Assembly (NCBI GenBank): GCA_965112735.1
Contig: OZ218950.1
Span: 1,922,001-1,986,000 of the forward strand
Length of the DNA stretch: 64,000 nt
Origin: Phaeosaccion multiseriatum
Lineage: Eukaryota > Protista > Ochrophyta, other classes
Reading direction: 5' to 3'
Shown here: piece by piece, positions 13,093 to 26,188 of the stretch
How positions within the stretch are numbered: the stretch's first letter is position 1
Layout: every line of letters begins with the position of its first letter
Notes under the pieces: generated by a model
The model's database searches: none
The model's input: only the letters and a program-made list of their open reading frames with translations
Told to the model about the DNA's origin: nothing
Made by a program: the position numbers and the translations under genes

Positions 13093-14667
13093 TCACACCA
13101 CGCGGAGAGGGGAAGAGTCGGTCATCTCCAAAGCGGCGGAGGGCCTCGTCTTGTTGAAGTACCCCTGCTCAATGACAGCGGGTGTGGTGCGAGCCTTGAA
13201 GTCCAAGTACACAGGCATAATGGCCATGCCCGTGATGAAGACACCGAAGATGCCGGCGACCTGGGGCACTCCGGCCGTGCCGATGCACACTTGCAGGAGG
13301 TCTTGCAGGGTCAGAGCAGCCAGGTAGGTGAGCAGGGAGTAGGCGTAGTAGGCGGTTCCGTCGTCGGCTTCCGCTTGGTTCTTGCTGTCGTCCGAGAGCT
13401 TGGTGATGGGTGCAGCTGCGGCGTGGCAGTGGATGGAGGTCTCTCGGATCATGAACTGACGGTACATGGTCCAGCTGCCCTGGATCATGAGCAGCAGACC
13501 GACGAGGATGCTGACCTGGGGGTAGTGCATAAAGACAATGCCGGCGTTGATGGGTGCGGGGAGCTTTCCGTTCTCCATAAAGTCGTCAAATGTGTCGAGC
13601 ACGTAGGCTCCGAGGGCGAGCTGAGTGACACCGGCGAGGAGGGTGAGGAAGCCGTAGTAGATGGCACGGCCGCGGTAGTAGCCGGAGGTGTAGACGCTCT
13701 CCTTGTTGCCCGGCGCCTGGAGGTTGTACTGCTGCCACTGGAAGAAGGTCAGGCCTCCAATGAGGGAAGCGGCGTATGCGGTCATGTTGAGCAGGCCCAG
13801 GGTGCCGACAGAGTCCACCTGAGTCAATGAGTGAGTAAGTGAGTGGTGGAAGGTCAGAGGGGGTGGGAAAAGTGAGCGACTGAGCTATATATCACGGAGC
13901 GTTCTCGAGTGAGTTGAGTGAGCGAGTGAGCGAGTGAGCTGAGCTGAGTGAGCCACCAACAGCCCGAAATAGGTGAGTGAGCGGGTCAAACGAGTGAGTG
14001 TGTGGAGAGCTGCACCCATAGTCTGTGCTTCTCACCTGACTCTCAGTGGGTCCGAAGGGTCCGGGGATGAAGCCCTGGCCCGAGCCAGTGCCGTCCTCCT
14101 TAAACTTGGTGATGGCGAAGATCATCGGTGCGACTGTGCCGGCGAAGAACGTCCACCAGGCGCCGAGGGTCACGAAAAAGGCGACGAGGGAGGTGATGTG
14201 GCCATGGGAGCCGAGTGTGCCCAGGAGCTGCCACGCTCCGGTGATGATGGCGACGGTTCCATAGGTGAAGCCCGTGATGGTGCCGATGATCTGGACCACG
14301 GGGGGGAACGTGTTCTTGTTGCCGTTCCAATCTGTGAGGATAGGATGGACGGACGGAAAGAGAGAGAGGCGGGGAAAGCAGAGTGGGGAAGAGATGAGAG
14401 AGAAGATACAGCCACAGGGAGAGAGAACAATTTTTGGGAGAAGAGCGAGAGGAGAGGAGAGAGAAGACGCATAAAACCGAGACAGGCAGAGTCCCACTGA
14501 CCTGCGCCATTGTTGTGCCCGATGGAGAGCGCCGAGGTATTAATCAAGAAGGGGATAAAGGAGAGAGCGCCAAAAAGGCACAGCCATCCCGCGCTAGTCT
14601 TGAGCTCCAGGATATACCTGAAATACCCGACCAGCCTGGTCTCGAAGCTGTCTTTGGAAGGTGCCAT
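13093..14667 (-). CDS. Uncharacterised multipass membrane protein, about 395 aa
   Basis: Exons 14667-14502, 14331-14036 and 13818-13093 join in frame through canonical GT-AG sites. Roughly 8-9 hydrophobic segments, strong C/G-ending codon bias, no low-complexity tracts. Confidence 0.8.
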
Positions 14668-16028
14668 GCTCTCTGCTGTTTGTGGTTTCGACAGAAGAGG
14701 AGGGAGGGAAAGAGGGAGGGAAGGAGTGAGTGTGAGTGGAAAGGGGGGGGGGGGTCTTTGTGGTGAAGGTGGCCATTGTTCCTCCTCGTCCCTCCAGTTC
14801 CTTTACTCTAGCCCTCTCTTCCCCTCACCTCTCTTTCTCAAGTCTGAAGAAGGATGTAATCAGTTGTGCGGAGCTCCTTGCTGCTGGTGGTTAGTGTAAA
14901 TATGAGCTTTGCTTTGGGATGCCAAAGTAGGAAGTGAGAGATTAGATCCATTGAAGGAACGGGGGGCCCAGTGGGCCCTATCTTCCCGCGTTCGGGTGAA
15001 TTAAGATCGAATCTTTACGTAACTTTACGTAATGAAACCAATTCTCCCGCCTGTTCGGGTTCGGAATCCTATTCGGGTTGTTTCAGCAATATTACATTGC
15101 AAAGGGGCGAGCGGCACGAGCGCCGACAGGCCGACAGGGTCTCTCGCGCACCTCTTCGGAACGGGACGCCTACAGTTGTGTAACATGCCTGAAAAGTGCT
15201 TGGGGGTGGGCTGTCGATGGGCTCTGGAGGAGGTGGGCAAATGTGCCGACGCGCCGACACGAAAAAGCCCGTGTGTTGTTGCCGAGGGCGTGAAGGGCGG
15301 GGTGGGGTCAGTGGGGGGGTGGAAGGGTTGTGAGAGAAGGGAGAGGAGTGAGAGGGGGAGGAGGGCGGTGCCAACAGCAAGGCGCCGCTCCTCCTTTATT
15401 TGATAGGAATCACCTCAGCCACTCGTAGGAAGAGGGGGGGGGGGAGGTGTGGGTAGGTGAGCCGTCCCAGGAAGGCGCGCTCTCGCTCCGAGAGCCACAT
15501 CTGGTGTATGACTGACGGCGAAGCCTGGTCAGGACGTGGTCCTTGGTGGTGGAGGAGCAAGTGCGGCCCGAGCGGGAGACGATGTGCTCAGCGAGGGCGT
15601 GTAGTAGTGCCTGTTGAAGGCGAAGGTGGTGAGGCGAACCAGCTCTCGGGCGAAGGTGTTGGCGTAGTGTGGTGGAGCTGGGACAGGCTCAATTACGTAT
15701 TAGTAGCAGTATATGTATATTATACTGAAGGAGGGAGGAACAAGTTAGTGATGTGGGTCGCGGACGTTTTGGGGCCCGGTTGGCCCCTCCGCACTCCTGA
15801 ACCCGTAAAAGACCACCACGAGTACCGCTGTCCCAACACGCGGTGCAACAACAGCTTGTGCAGGGCGAGGTTCAGCCTCTCTCGGGTCCACAGAAGGTGG
15901 AGATGAAGCCTCAGCGACTTGGTCAGATGTATCTTGTGCGGCTAGCGCCAGCAGGTATATTGGAACGGATGTTGTTGGTACCCCTGCAGTCAGCGCTAGC
16001 TCCGTTTGGTGGTTCCTCATCAACCTCT

Positions 16029-19000
16029 TTACCCCAACCCTGCCCTCCGCTCCTTGCCCTCTACTCTCCGAACGAGACGGCCGTACGCCGAAGCTGCCTT
16101 GGGAGGAGGAACAGAGTTCTCTCCCTCTCCCTCCCCTCCGTCGTCACTGTTCCCCCTCCCACCACCGCTAAGGTCTTGCGCCGCGCTGTTCAGAAGCATT
16201 TCCGCAGCGGACAAGTTGGGTAGCCCTCCCAAGTCCCCATGGCCCGAGCACGATTCAATTGCCAGAGCAAAGGCCAGGTCGTCTGGGCTGGGAAGGAGTG
16301 GAGGAGGGACCACTCCACCTCCACCCTCTCCCGAACCCTCACCACCAGCGCCTCCTCCTCGACGCGGAAGCCCTCCTCCTCCTCGACTCGGAAACATTCC
16401 GCCTCCTCGTCGTCGTCGTCGTGCTGCCCCTCGCATCATATCGATGAGCTCGAGAGCAGAAGTCGAGTCCGCCACCTCCCTACACGCCCGGAGCACCGCG
16501 TGACACGCGCCCATACTCAGCGGTACCCCCCCTTCCCCACACACCGACACCACACGCTTTGCCTTGGCAATGTCACCGGTCCTGGCCGCCCCCTCAACAA
16601 GGGCATCGTAGTCCTGAGGGCGCACACTCTTGGGACTCATGAGGCGCATCACTCCCTCCACGTCCCCGACGTCAAACACATGCCCGCTGCACTCCGCAGC
16701 AAGGCCTCGCAGGAGGGCGGTGAAAGTCTCCGGGTCGGGATGTTGTTGCTGCCCCATACCCATGTGCTCCTCGTCCTCCTCCTTCTGCTGCTGCTGCGAT
16801 TGCTGCTGCCGGGTATGCTTGACCATGTCCTCCAAAAGAGCGCGACCCGTGAGGATGAAATCGGCATTGCCACTCCGAGCGCATGCCTGAATTGTGGCAT
16901 CACACGCCCTCTTTACGGCGGCCTCGTCTTCCCCCCTGCTCTGCTGCTGGAGCATCATATCCTCTAGCAAGCCCACGGCAATCTCCACCTCACCTTGTCC
17001 GGCGCTTGCCAATATGGCAGCCTCGTGGGCTTGCACCATGCCGTCGTCTTCTCCCCATTCCGCAGAGGATGCCCGGCCACTGAAGCCGTCTCCCCCCCCC
17101 CCCTCGTCGTCCTCCTCCTCGTCATCACTGTATCCGTACCCACCATCGACCCTCTCCTTCTTCTTCAGTTGCTGATACTGCTCCTTGTCGGGGATAAGCG
17201 CACGCACGAGATCGGCTGCCAGACGCGTGTCCCCCTCGTGCAGACTTTCGTTCAAAGACGCGGAGAGAGTGACACCCAGACCGACGGACCGACGGACGGA
17301 CGGACCGACCGACAGATAAGGAGTGAGGCACAAGCCGAGAAGGAAAGGACAAGACGTGACAAAGGCCGAGAAGACGAGAGGCGTGGGGGGTGGGGCTGAA
17401 GCACGTTAGAGGTTGAAGAGGGGTTGACTTGCAGAGAGAGACGCATTCCTAACCGTATGACTCTTCGACTCCAGAATCACACATGTTATCATGCTGTCGT
17501 GTAAACAATCTCCTCTCTCTCTCTCTCTCTCTCCTCCTACTATCTGTCTACATACGAGTATCGTGCTCTCTACTTGAAACCGTACATCTTACCTGCTCTT
17601 GACGAGGGCGAGAATGCACCTTCTCGACGGCCGGATGCCCACCCTCTGCATCTTCTCCCCACACGCCAGCGCCGCCGCATGCCTGCCCGCAAGGGCACAA
17701 CCCAGCACCACGGCTTCATACTCCAACCTCCCTGCGCGATGCCCGTCTCTCCGCATGGCAGGGAGCAGCCCCAGGGCCACATCGGTCCTCCCTCCCCGTA
17801 TGCTCGCCACGATGGCCTCCAGATACCACTCTTTCTCCAAGTGTCCGCCGGCCTTCCACCCCTCTCTCAGAAGGGCAGGAATCACGCCTACCTGGCTCAG
17901 TAGCGACGATTGGTGTTGGGTCTGTGTCGCTGTCGTCGTCTTCGTCTCTCTCAAGGCTGCAAGGACCGTCTTTACAGGCGCCATGCCCAGGCGGTGTCTG
18001 CCCCTCCTACCAGCACCAATAGGAGTACCAGCATCAGCGGTTGGTGATACAGCATGCGGTTCGTACTCCTCTTCGAGCCTCGAGGCCGCTTGAAAGACGA
18101 GAAGGATCTTTGACAAGTCCCCTCCCCGGGTGCACGCTTGCACTGTGAGAGCATAAGTGTTGGCATCCGGCTCTACTACTACACCCCCTCCTTCTCCTTC
18201 TCCTCCTCCTCCTCCTCCTCCTCCTCCTCCTCCTCCTCCTCCTCCTCCTCCTCTTCCTGGCATGGTTGCTATCATCTCCTCTAGCAGTTGGAGAGCAGTC
18301 TGAACGTCCCCCGCATGGGCACACGCAGCCATGACGCCGTTGAACGCCTGTGCGTATGCACACAAGACGTTTGCGGGAGATGGAGGAGGAGGAGGAGGAA
18401 GAGAGAGAGAATATATAAGATAAGTGCCTGCCTCGAATTGCTTGGGAGGAGGACAGAGTGGAAGAATGGACGTCGCCCCACACCCCCCCCCCCCTCCCTC
18501 TCTACCTGGATGTTGGCAGGGATGTCAGCATCTTGCTGCATTCGCCGGAGCAGCCCTCGGGCCCGGAGAGAGTCTCCTTCCTTGGCACATGCGTCCAAGG
18601 CGAGTCGGAAGTGTGCCTTATTGGCGGGGGGGGAGCGAAAGCCCTCCAGCAGGGTGCAGACGGAGTCCACATCGCCGGCTGTGGACAGGGCAGAGAGAGC
18701 GGCACATCTCACCTGAGGGAGAAGAAACAGAGGGACAGGGAGAAGAGCGGGGGGGGTGAGAGGGGGAGAGAAAGAGAGAAAGTACGAACACTCATCACCC
18801 ATTGGAAGTACGTACAGTGACTCATGCATCCATCTGTCTATATACATCCATCTATTCATCCATTCATCCATCCATCCACCCATCCATCTATCAATCAATC
18901 AATCTATATATATATATCCATCCATCCATCCATCCATCCATCCATCCATCTGTCAATCTATCTATTCTTCCATCCATCCCACCCCCCACCTCCTCTCACC

Positions 19001-21702
19001 TCCTCCAAATGGTCAATGCCGCAGGCCTGAGCAGAAAATAGGGTCATATGGGCTCGAGCCGACGACGTTCGCTCTCCCGCAGCACACGCGTTCAGCGCCA
19101 AGACATGTGCGTCTACCAGCCTATCTTTGGAGAGGTCCTCCCGTTTGTTTCCGTCCTTGTCACGCAGGATCCGACCTAAGGTGGTGAGCGCCGCGCTGGC
19201 CTGGCCCTTGACAGCCGCCCTCTTGAGCAGTTGCATGAGGGTGTGGGGGTCCATGCTGGCCGCGTTGTTGCGGTTCCGAGAGAGCCTCAAACCCTCGGCT
19301 CGTAACATTCTCGCCCGCTCCTGCCTACCTTTCTTGCCACCACCACCACCACTAGTTGTTCTTGGTCTACCCTGAGGGTCAAAAATGCTGATGCTGTTAC
19401 CCCCCACCCGCTCCAGGCCGGAAGCAACAATGCGATGGCACTCAAAGTCAAGCTCCACCTTCCCCTCCTCCTTCATCTCCATGAGCAAGTCGTAGGCCTC
19501 CTCTGCTGACATCACCTGCTGCTGCTGCTGCTGCTGCTCCGCGTCCTCTTGCTGCCGCCTATCGCCAGAGAAGTCCGAGACTGAGTCGGAGTCGGGCGGT
19601 ATAGTCAGAGCCTTGAGCAGAGCCTTGATGCCTATCAGATTGGGAGTCACACCCTGCTCGCGGAGGTGTGCGAGTACTTTCCGAGCTGCAGGGGCGTCCT
19701 TCTTCCTCGCGAGAGCTCGCAGCACAGCTTCAATGGCGGTGCCCCACTCGCCCCTGCCCACCGCCTCGTCCTCCGTCTCCTTGGGAAGCATGCGCATGAG
19801 CAAGCGGAGGGCTAGAGCAAGGCCCTGGTAGTAGTAGCAGCAGCAGTAGTAGTAGTAGTGGTACGAGGAGGAGGAGGAGAAGAAGAAAAAAGAAGAAGAA
19901 GAAGAAGAAGAAGAAGAAGAAGAAGAAGAAGAAGAAGAAGAAGAAAGAAGAAGAAGAAGAAGAAGAAGAAGAAAGAAGAAGAAGAAGAAGAACAACAACA
20001 ACAAGAAGAACAAGAATGAATGAATGAAGCAGTCAGCGAATGGATGAATGGATGAGTGTCACCCCCCCTCTCTCCTCCCTCTCTCTCTCGTTCTCTCCTC
20101 ACCTGTGTGTTCCTCCTCTCTCCCGCCGCCTCCTTGATGACAATCACAAGGCACTGCAGTGAGGGAGTGTGGCCCATACCCTCAAGCTCGTCCAGCAGCT
20201 CCTGTGCCGGCTCCGTCCACTCCCTACCAGCTCGGGCTGTCGCAACCAGCGCCAGCTCCAACGTGAGTGGCCGCACTCCCACCCCCATCGCACCACCACC
20301 ACCGTCCTCCTGCGTTGCTCCTGCTCTCTCCTCTAGCTGCTGCATCTGCTGCAGCGTCTCACGCACCCGCCGAGAGACAGGGTGGCGGCTGCCTTCTCCT
20401 CCTCGTGCTTCTGCCGCGGCATGAGCCCCTGCCTCTGCCGCTGTACTGTTACTGCCCGACAGAGCCAGGGCGGCCAAAGCGAGGTGGTAGTCAGCGGTGT
20501 TGTTGCTGAGTTCTTTTCCTGTCAATTGCTCCCCCCCCGCCGGCTGCTGTATCACCAACTTGTACATGTTGAGGGCGGCCTCGAGTCGGTCCGTCTGCGA
20601 CAGTGACAGGGCGGAGAATGAGGAAGCCTTGAAGACTGCCGAGAAAAGGGGGCTAGCTGACTATCCATTTTCTATGGTTGAATGATTGATGCAAAGGGTG
20701 GAGAGAGAGCTTCAAAAGTACCTGTACACCATCCGCCAAGCAGAACGGTAGAGCATACTGTAGAAGTACCACAATGGTCGACCGGTCTTCTACCTTACCG
20801 CTTTCTTTCTGGTTCAGGGCACCCACCCAACTCCCACTCCACTCCTCTGCATGCCTATGGCCACACTCACTCACCTTTTCGAAAGCAGCTGCAACATACC
20901 CGTAGGCATCCAGAGACCCACCGGCTCCTTCCTCCTCCATCTGCCGGAGCAGCTCCAAGGCCGCGAAACAGTCCCCTGCTTTACAACACAAGCGTAGTGC
21001 GACTTCGTGGGATTCGATGCCAATCCTTCCTTCGATATGATTGCTACCTGGCCTACTACTATTAATCGCGGGAGCGGAACCCAATCCCCCCATCTTGTCT
21101 CTGCTGCCGCTGCTGCCGCCCCACCCTCCCTCCTGGTCTGCAAAGCGTGACTCTTCTTCTTGTTCCTTGAGGTGCGCGAGCAGCGTCAGTGCCTCGTGAT
21201 GCACGCCTGGGTAAGACTTGCGGGGGTCGGAAGCGGCCTCCCCAAAGAAGCGAAGGTAGCTGGCTTCATTCAGCTCAATGCCCGAGCGGCGGATCCTTTC
21301 AATAATGGATAGAGGAGCTCCTCTGGAAGCACCACGAGTGCTATCCCCAGCAGTACCGAAGCCGCCGGTGACCTGGCGCTGCTGTCTCCGGGCGATATAT
21401 CCGTCCACATCCCAGGGCAGCTCCCTCCCACTGCTCCCTTCCGTCGGCGCCACGAGCGGCTGCGTGAGTGAAGGTAATCCGCCATCATCACCGTCATCAT
21501 CATCTCTGCTCCTCGCCAAAGCTGACCAGCTCCTCTGCCCGGCCCTCGTGCTGCTCGACCTGCTGCTGCACCTGCCGAGCCCAGTCGTGGGTGGAAGGGT
21601 GGGTGGTGTGAAGGCGGCGGCCCTCGTGCTGCTGCTCCGCCTTCGTATCCTCGAGCGCCGCAGAGGGAGCCGGGAGACAGGCAGCGCTCGACGCCAAGCC
21701 AT
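16029..21702 (-). CDS. Pentatricopeptide-repeat (PPR-like) protein, probably organellar (Arg-rich N-terminus suggests mitochondrial)
   Basis: Exons 21702-20875, 20627-20103, 19824-19000, 18712-18506, 18347-17593 and 17244-16029 are phase-consistent. PPR motifs: [25 protein letters not shown]; [19 protein letters not shown]; [25 protein letters not shown]; [20 protein letters not shown]; GIELNEASY. Confidence 0.85.
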
Positions 21703-21955
21703 AAGCCCTGGCTGAAGGAGGCGATTGATTTTATCGCCTCACAAACTCACAAATCGAATCCACCCTCGAGTAAGTCAGCAACCCAGGGGGATTGGGAGAA
21801 AGCCTGGCAGTGGTGGAGATCGTGAGTTGACTTTGCTTGTGCTCTGCGAATACAGAGTTGCATTAGAGGAGGTCTGAGGACTGTTTAGCAGTAGTAGCAG
21901 GCTTTAGCTTGCTGCGGTCTTCGTTGCTGACAGCGTCTCCCTGCTGCCGTGAGCT

Positions 21956-23495
21956 ATGAGTGGCTTCGGGAGAGGCGGGGGCAGGGGAGGAGGGCGAGGC
22001 GGGGGCAGAGGGATGGGCAGAGGAGGAGGCCGCGGGGGAGGTCGAGGTGAGTCAGGAGACACGACGCGAGGCAGCGCATGTAGGAGGCTGAATTGCGTAC
22101 TGCGGGCTTTACTCCTTCGCTGAATTGCGTACGCATGGTCGGCCGCTGTGATCCTGTCCTCTCCAGTCATCGACTCGCCTTTCTTTTGCTTACGCCGGTG
22201 TTGCGTTATGCGATGAGGCGGTGGCTGGGTGGATAAGAGAGAAGGTCGTCTGAGGATGGAGCGTGATGATAAGGTTTATACCAAGCGCAGTCTGTCGGCA
22301 AGGCAATCGTATCTTGCCAGGATACGATACAACAACAATTAACCCTGAATTTGCTGGTTCTTGTCGTGTTTTTTGTGTTGGCTTGTCTCTCCTTCCCCAG
22401 GTGGACGCGGAGGAGATAGGGGGGGGCGAGGGGGGGGCAGGGGGGGACGAGGAGGACGGGGAGGGGATAGGGGAGGGCGAGGAGGGCGAGGAGGACGAGG
22501 AGGAGGGGGTGGGCGAGGAGGGGGCATGAAGGGGGGAGCAAAGGTCATCATCGAGCCGCACAGGTAATGCACACACAGCGCTGTATGATGGCTCCACGAC
22601 ATGCTCACAGCTGGGCCACGTTTGCTCTGGTCCATCCCTCTCTGTGCACCTTCTTGGATATATCCCTCTCTCTTGTCGTGTTGGGAGACGCACCACTGTC
22701 CTTTCTTCCGCCTTGGCTCTGGCGTCATTCTCTTCTTCGTTTCTTCTTCCCTCCTCCGTCTTCTCATGGCCGCTTCGATCTCCCACATTCTCCTTCATTC
22801 GATCCGTCCTGCCCTTATCCATCTTATCCATCTCATCCATCCCCAGACACGAAGGGATCTTCATCGCTCGCTCGAAGGAGGATGCGCTGGTGACCCTCAA
22901 CTCCACCCCGGGCAAGGCTGTTTACGGGGAGAAGCTGATTTCTGTAGATGGCCCCCCAGGCCTCGACGGAGCCACCACAAAGCTGGAGTATCGAGTGTGG
23001 AATCCCTTTAGGTCTAAGATTGCAGCAGCAGTGCTGGGAGGTGTTGACCACATTCACATCATGCCTGGCGCAAAGGTACTGTACCTGGGAGCGGCGGCAG
23101 GTACCACCGTCTCGCACGTCAGCGACATTGTGGGTCCTCAGGTGAGTGAGTCAGTGAGTGAGTGATTAAGAAAGCAAGTGAGTGAGTGATTGAACATGTC
23201 ACTGTGTGGGTGAGTGAGTGAGTGAGTGAGCACAGAAAGGACGGCAAGAGAGGCGCTAGGGTAGGTAGTTTGGGCCTGTGTCTGGTCTGATGTGGTTGGA
23301 TGAAGAGAAATCGTTCTGGGGTAAGTAAGGGTGAGTGAATGCGAGTGGGTGAGAGCGAGTGAGCAAGTGAGTGAGCAAGTGAGTGAGTCTGTCCATGGTG
23401 ACTAGAAGCGAAGGACAAGGGATGGTGACTCCTCCCTGTGGTGAGCCCTCCCCATCCCTTTGGTGAGCTTTCCTTGCTTATCGTATCGGTCAGTT

Positions 23496-23528
<33 letters not shown>

Positions 23529-24751
23529 AGCCTCGAGCGGGTGGAGAGGGAGGAGGAGGAGGAGGAGGAGGAGGAGGAGGAGGAGGAGAAGAAGGGGAAG
23601 GGAGCGAATGGGACTGAACCGGATGGGACGGAAGCGGCGAACTCGCTGCATGAGATAATTCAGAGTCTGGTGTGTACCGTATGCCTGTGATATATGTATA
23701 TTCTTACGGTAAAGCGAGAGGGCCCGTCTGCGTCTGTGTGTCATTCGGAAGAATGTTCGCATCTGCGTGTGTCTCTGCTTGGCGGAAGGAAGACCTGGTG
23801 CGAAGTGAATCCTTTGACCTACAGAACTGACCCAATCACTCAATGGCTGACTGAAGTAAATATTCCCCGCATTCCCCCCCTCACCCCCCCCCCCCCATCT
23901 CTCTCTCCCTCTCTCTCCATGTGTGTGTGTCTCTCTCTCACTCTCCCTCTCATTGTCATCTGAACACACTCTAGGGTTGCGTGTATGCTGTGGAGTTCGC
24001 ACACCGCCCCGGCCGAGATCTCATCAACATGGCCAAGTCACGCACAAATGTCATCCCTATCATCGAGGACGCGAGGCACCCGCTGAAGTACCGCATGCTG
24101 GTGGGCATGGTGGACTGCGTGTTTGCTGACGTGGCACAGCCAGATCAGGTGCGTGCATTCACTTGCCTGCCTTTAGGGGTCCGTCACACTCAACTTTTCC
24201 CTCTCTTTGGTTTTCTGTTTCACGGTTACACGGTTTCACGGTAAGGTTAAGGTCTCACTTTAATGCCTCAGCCAGAGTCAGGCGCGTGGGTCAGTCACAT
24301 GTGCATCTCTCTATATGTGAGTATGTCATGTATCTCTTGTGTGTATATGTGCCCCTTCCCTCCCCACCCCTACTCTCTCAGGCTCGTATCGTGGCTCTCA
24401 ACTCGCACTACTTCCTTAAGAACGGAGGGCACTGCGTCATCTCAATCAAGGCCAGCTGTGTCGACTCCACCGCCGCCCCCGCCGCTGTGTTCGCGAGCGA
24501 AGTGGGCAAGCTCAAGTCGGAGGGTTTTAAGCCAAAGGAACAGCTCACGCTGGAGCCCTACGAGAGAGATCACGCCGTTGTTGTAGCAGAGGTACGATTG
24601 GTTAGGCACAGGGCTTCTCTCTAAATGTGTCTCTCTCTCGCGCTCTCTTGTATCGACTCTCTTACCCACATCGCTACCCCCGGCGCTTGTCCTCTTCTCT
24701 CTCTCCATCGTTCTCTACACACAGTACCGCGCCCCAAAGAAGAAGACATAG
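21956..24751 (+). CDS. FBL: Fibrillarin, box C/D snoRNP rRNA 2'-O-methyltransferase
   Basis: Exons 21956-22046, 22401-22563, 22847-23141, 23975-24148, 24382-24591, 24725-24751. RGG/GAR N-terminus, then [88 protein letters not shown]. Confidence 0.98.
22259..22354 (+). ncRNA. Candidate intronic box C/D snoRNA in fibrillarin intron 1
   Basis: C box GTGATGA at 22263-22269 and D box CTGA at 22345-22348 (86-nt span). Internal 8-bp perfect stem 22306-22313/22321-22328; D box about 50 nt upstream of the acceptor. No convincing rRNA guide identified by eye. Confidence 0.4.
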
Positions 24752-25526
24752 TAGGCTCCTCGAACAACCGACACGCTTAGCAATAGACTTGGTACCCCAA
24801 GGAGCGGTCCAGAGCACAGTGGAGACGGCACTATAGACCGTTACCAAAGTGCTCCGCGCTTTAGAGAGGGAAAATGAGAAGGCCGAGAGCAGCGCGTCGA
24901 GATTTTGCTAAGCAAACACCCTTCTAGGCATATATATTGGGTAGGCAGGAAGACAAGCGTTCGTCTTCATTAATTAATTACTTCGAAGTAAAATATTGTG
25001 TGCAATTACCGTTTCACTCCCTTGTCACTCTCTTGTCTCCTGCTGCACAACCAGCCCCCCCCCCCCTCCCTGCCAGGGACGGAGAGGTTGAGTCTGAATG
25101 TTACAGCGAAATTATACTACGAAATACTTCGTACTTCGTAGTTAATTGGGTTTTTTTTCTTCTCTACGCGATCCAGGAAGGGTGCGCAACAGAGCTGTAT
25201 ACCACGTCCACAGAAAGGTGTAATTCACCCTTTAGACCCCTGCTTAACCTGCTGTAGTCTTTCCCTTTCCCCGGCTGCCCTTTTCTGGAGCGTTGCCTTC
25301 TCCTTCCCCTGCGCGCCTGCCACTCTTCTTCTCTTTACCGCGGCCCCCCTCCTCTTCCGCAGCTTCTCGTGGGTACTCTCACCTCCCCCGACAGCGACGC
25401 CCACCACCCTTGCAGCAGCAGGCTCTACAGGCGCTACAGCTGCTCCTGCCGCCGATCCTCCCGCTGCCGGCCACAGTGCTGCGGCTGCTGCTGCCGGCGC
25501 TGGTCCTGCTGCTGCTGCTGCTGCTG

Positions 25527-25559
<33 letters not shown>

Positions 25560-26188
25560 ATCCTCCTCCTTCCTCCCCTCCTCCAACAGCAGCAGCAGCA
25601 CCCGCTACTCCTACCTCTGCTGTTGCTCCTCCTCTTCCTCCTCCTCCTCATGATTCTCTTGCTGCTGATGATACCGCCGGTAGGTAAGGTGTAACGTACG
25701 TACCAAGCGGGTGGCGGTGCCCCCAGAGTCCACAGTCGGCAATCGTACAGGACCTCTGTGAGCGTTAGGGTATCTGACCGACCATCTAGTGCCATCGTTT
25801 TGACAGCTTCGCTGCCCTTGTCTCTTTTGATGCTTTTGCATCCGGCGCGGAACCAACACTTCCCAGCAACAGCTCACCCCACTCACTGCCTCGGAGAGTA
25901 GAGTAGAGCACCTCACGCCGATTGTAGCGTTGCGGCTCTCACACCGTTGTTGACGATGCTCTTGACAGTGCTTCACGATGCCCTTGACAGTGCTGGCGCT
26001 GCCCTCGTGCCATGTGTAGGTCAAAAGTCAGGGCGGCAGCGCCCGTCAAGGCGCCGCTCGACTGTTGCTCTCTTTCGGTCGGTGTGTTTGGCAGCGGCAA
26101 CAGCAGCAGCTTCCTCCGCCGCCCTTTCATCACCTCCATCAATCATTCGGATCACTAACCCCGGACTCGTCCTTGGCTTGGGACGGAC

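Noticed and set aside
12847-13830. 327-aa plus-strand ORF
   Set aside because: Antisense shadow of the codon-biased membrane protein gene.
15457-15906. Cys-containing ORF (CPNTRCNNSLC) as a zinc finger or TE fragment
   Set aside because: Too little support; no recognisable domain or splice structure.
22205-22270. Second snoRNA (CGATGA..CTGA) or U3/U14 in fibrillarin intron 1
   Set aside because: The span is only about 45 nt. GAGCGTGA resembles U3 box B but box A is absent, and the U14 domain A match is incomplete.
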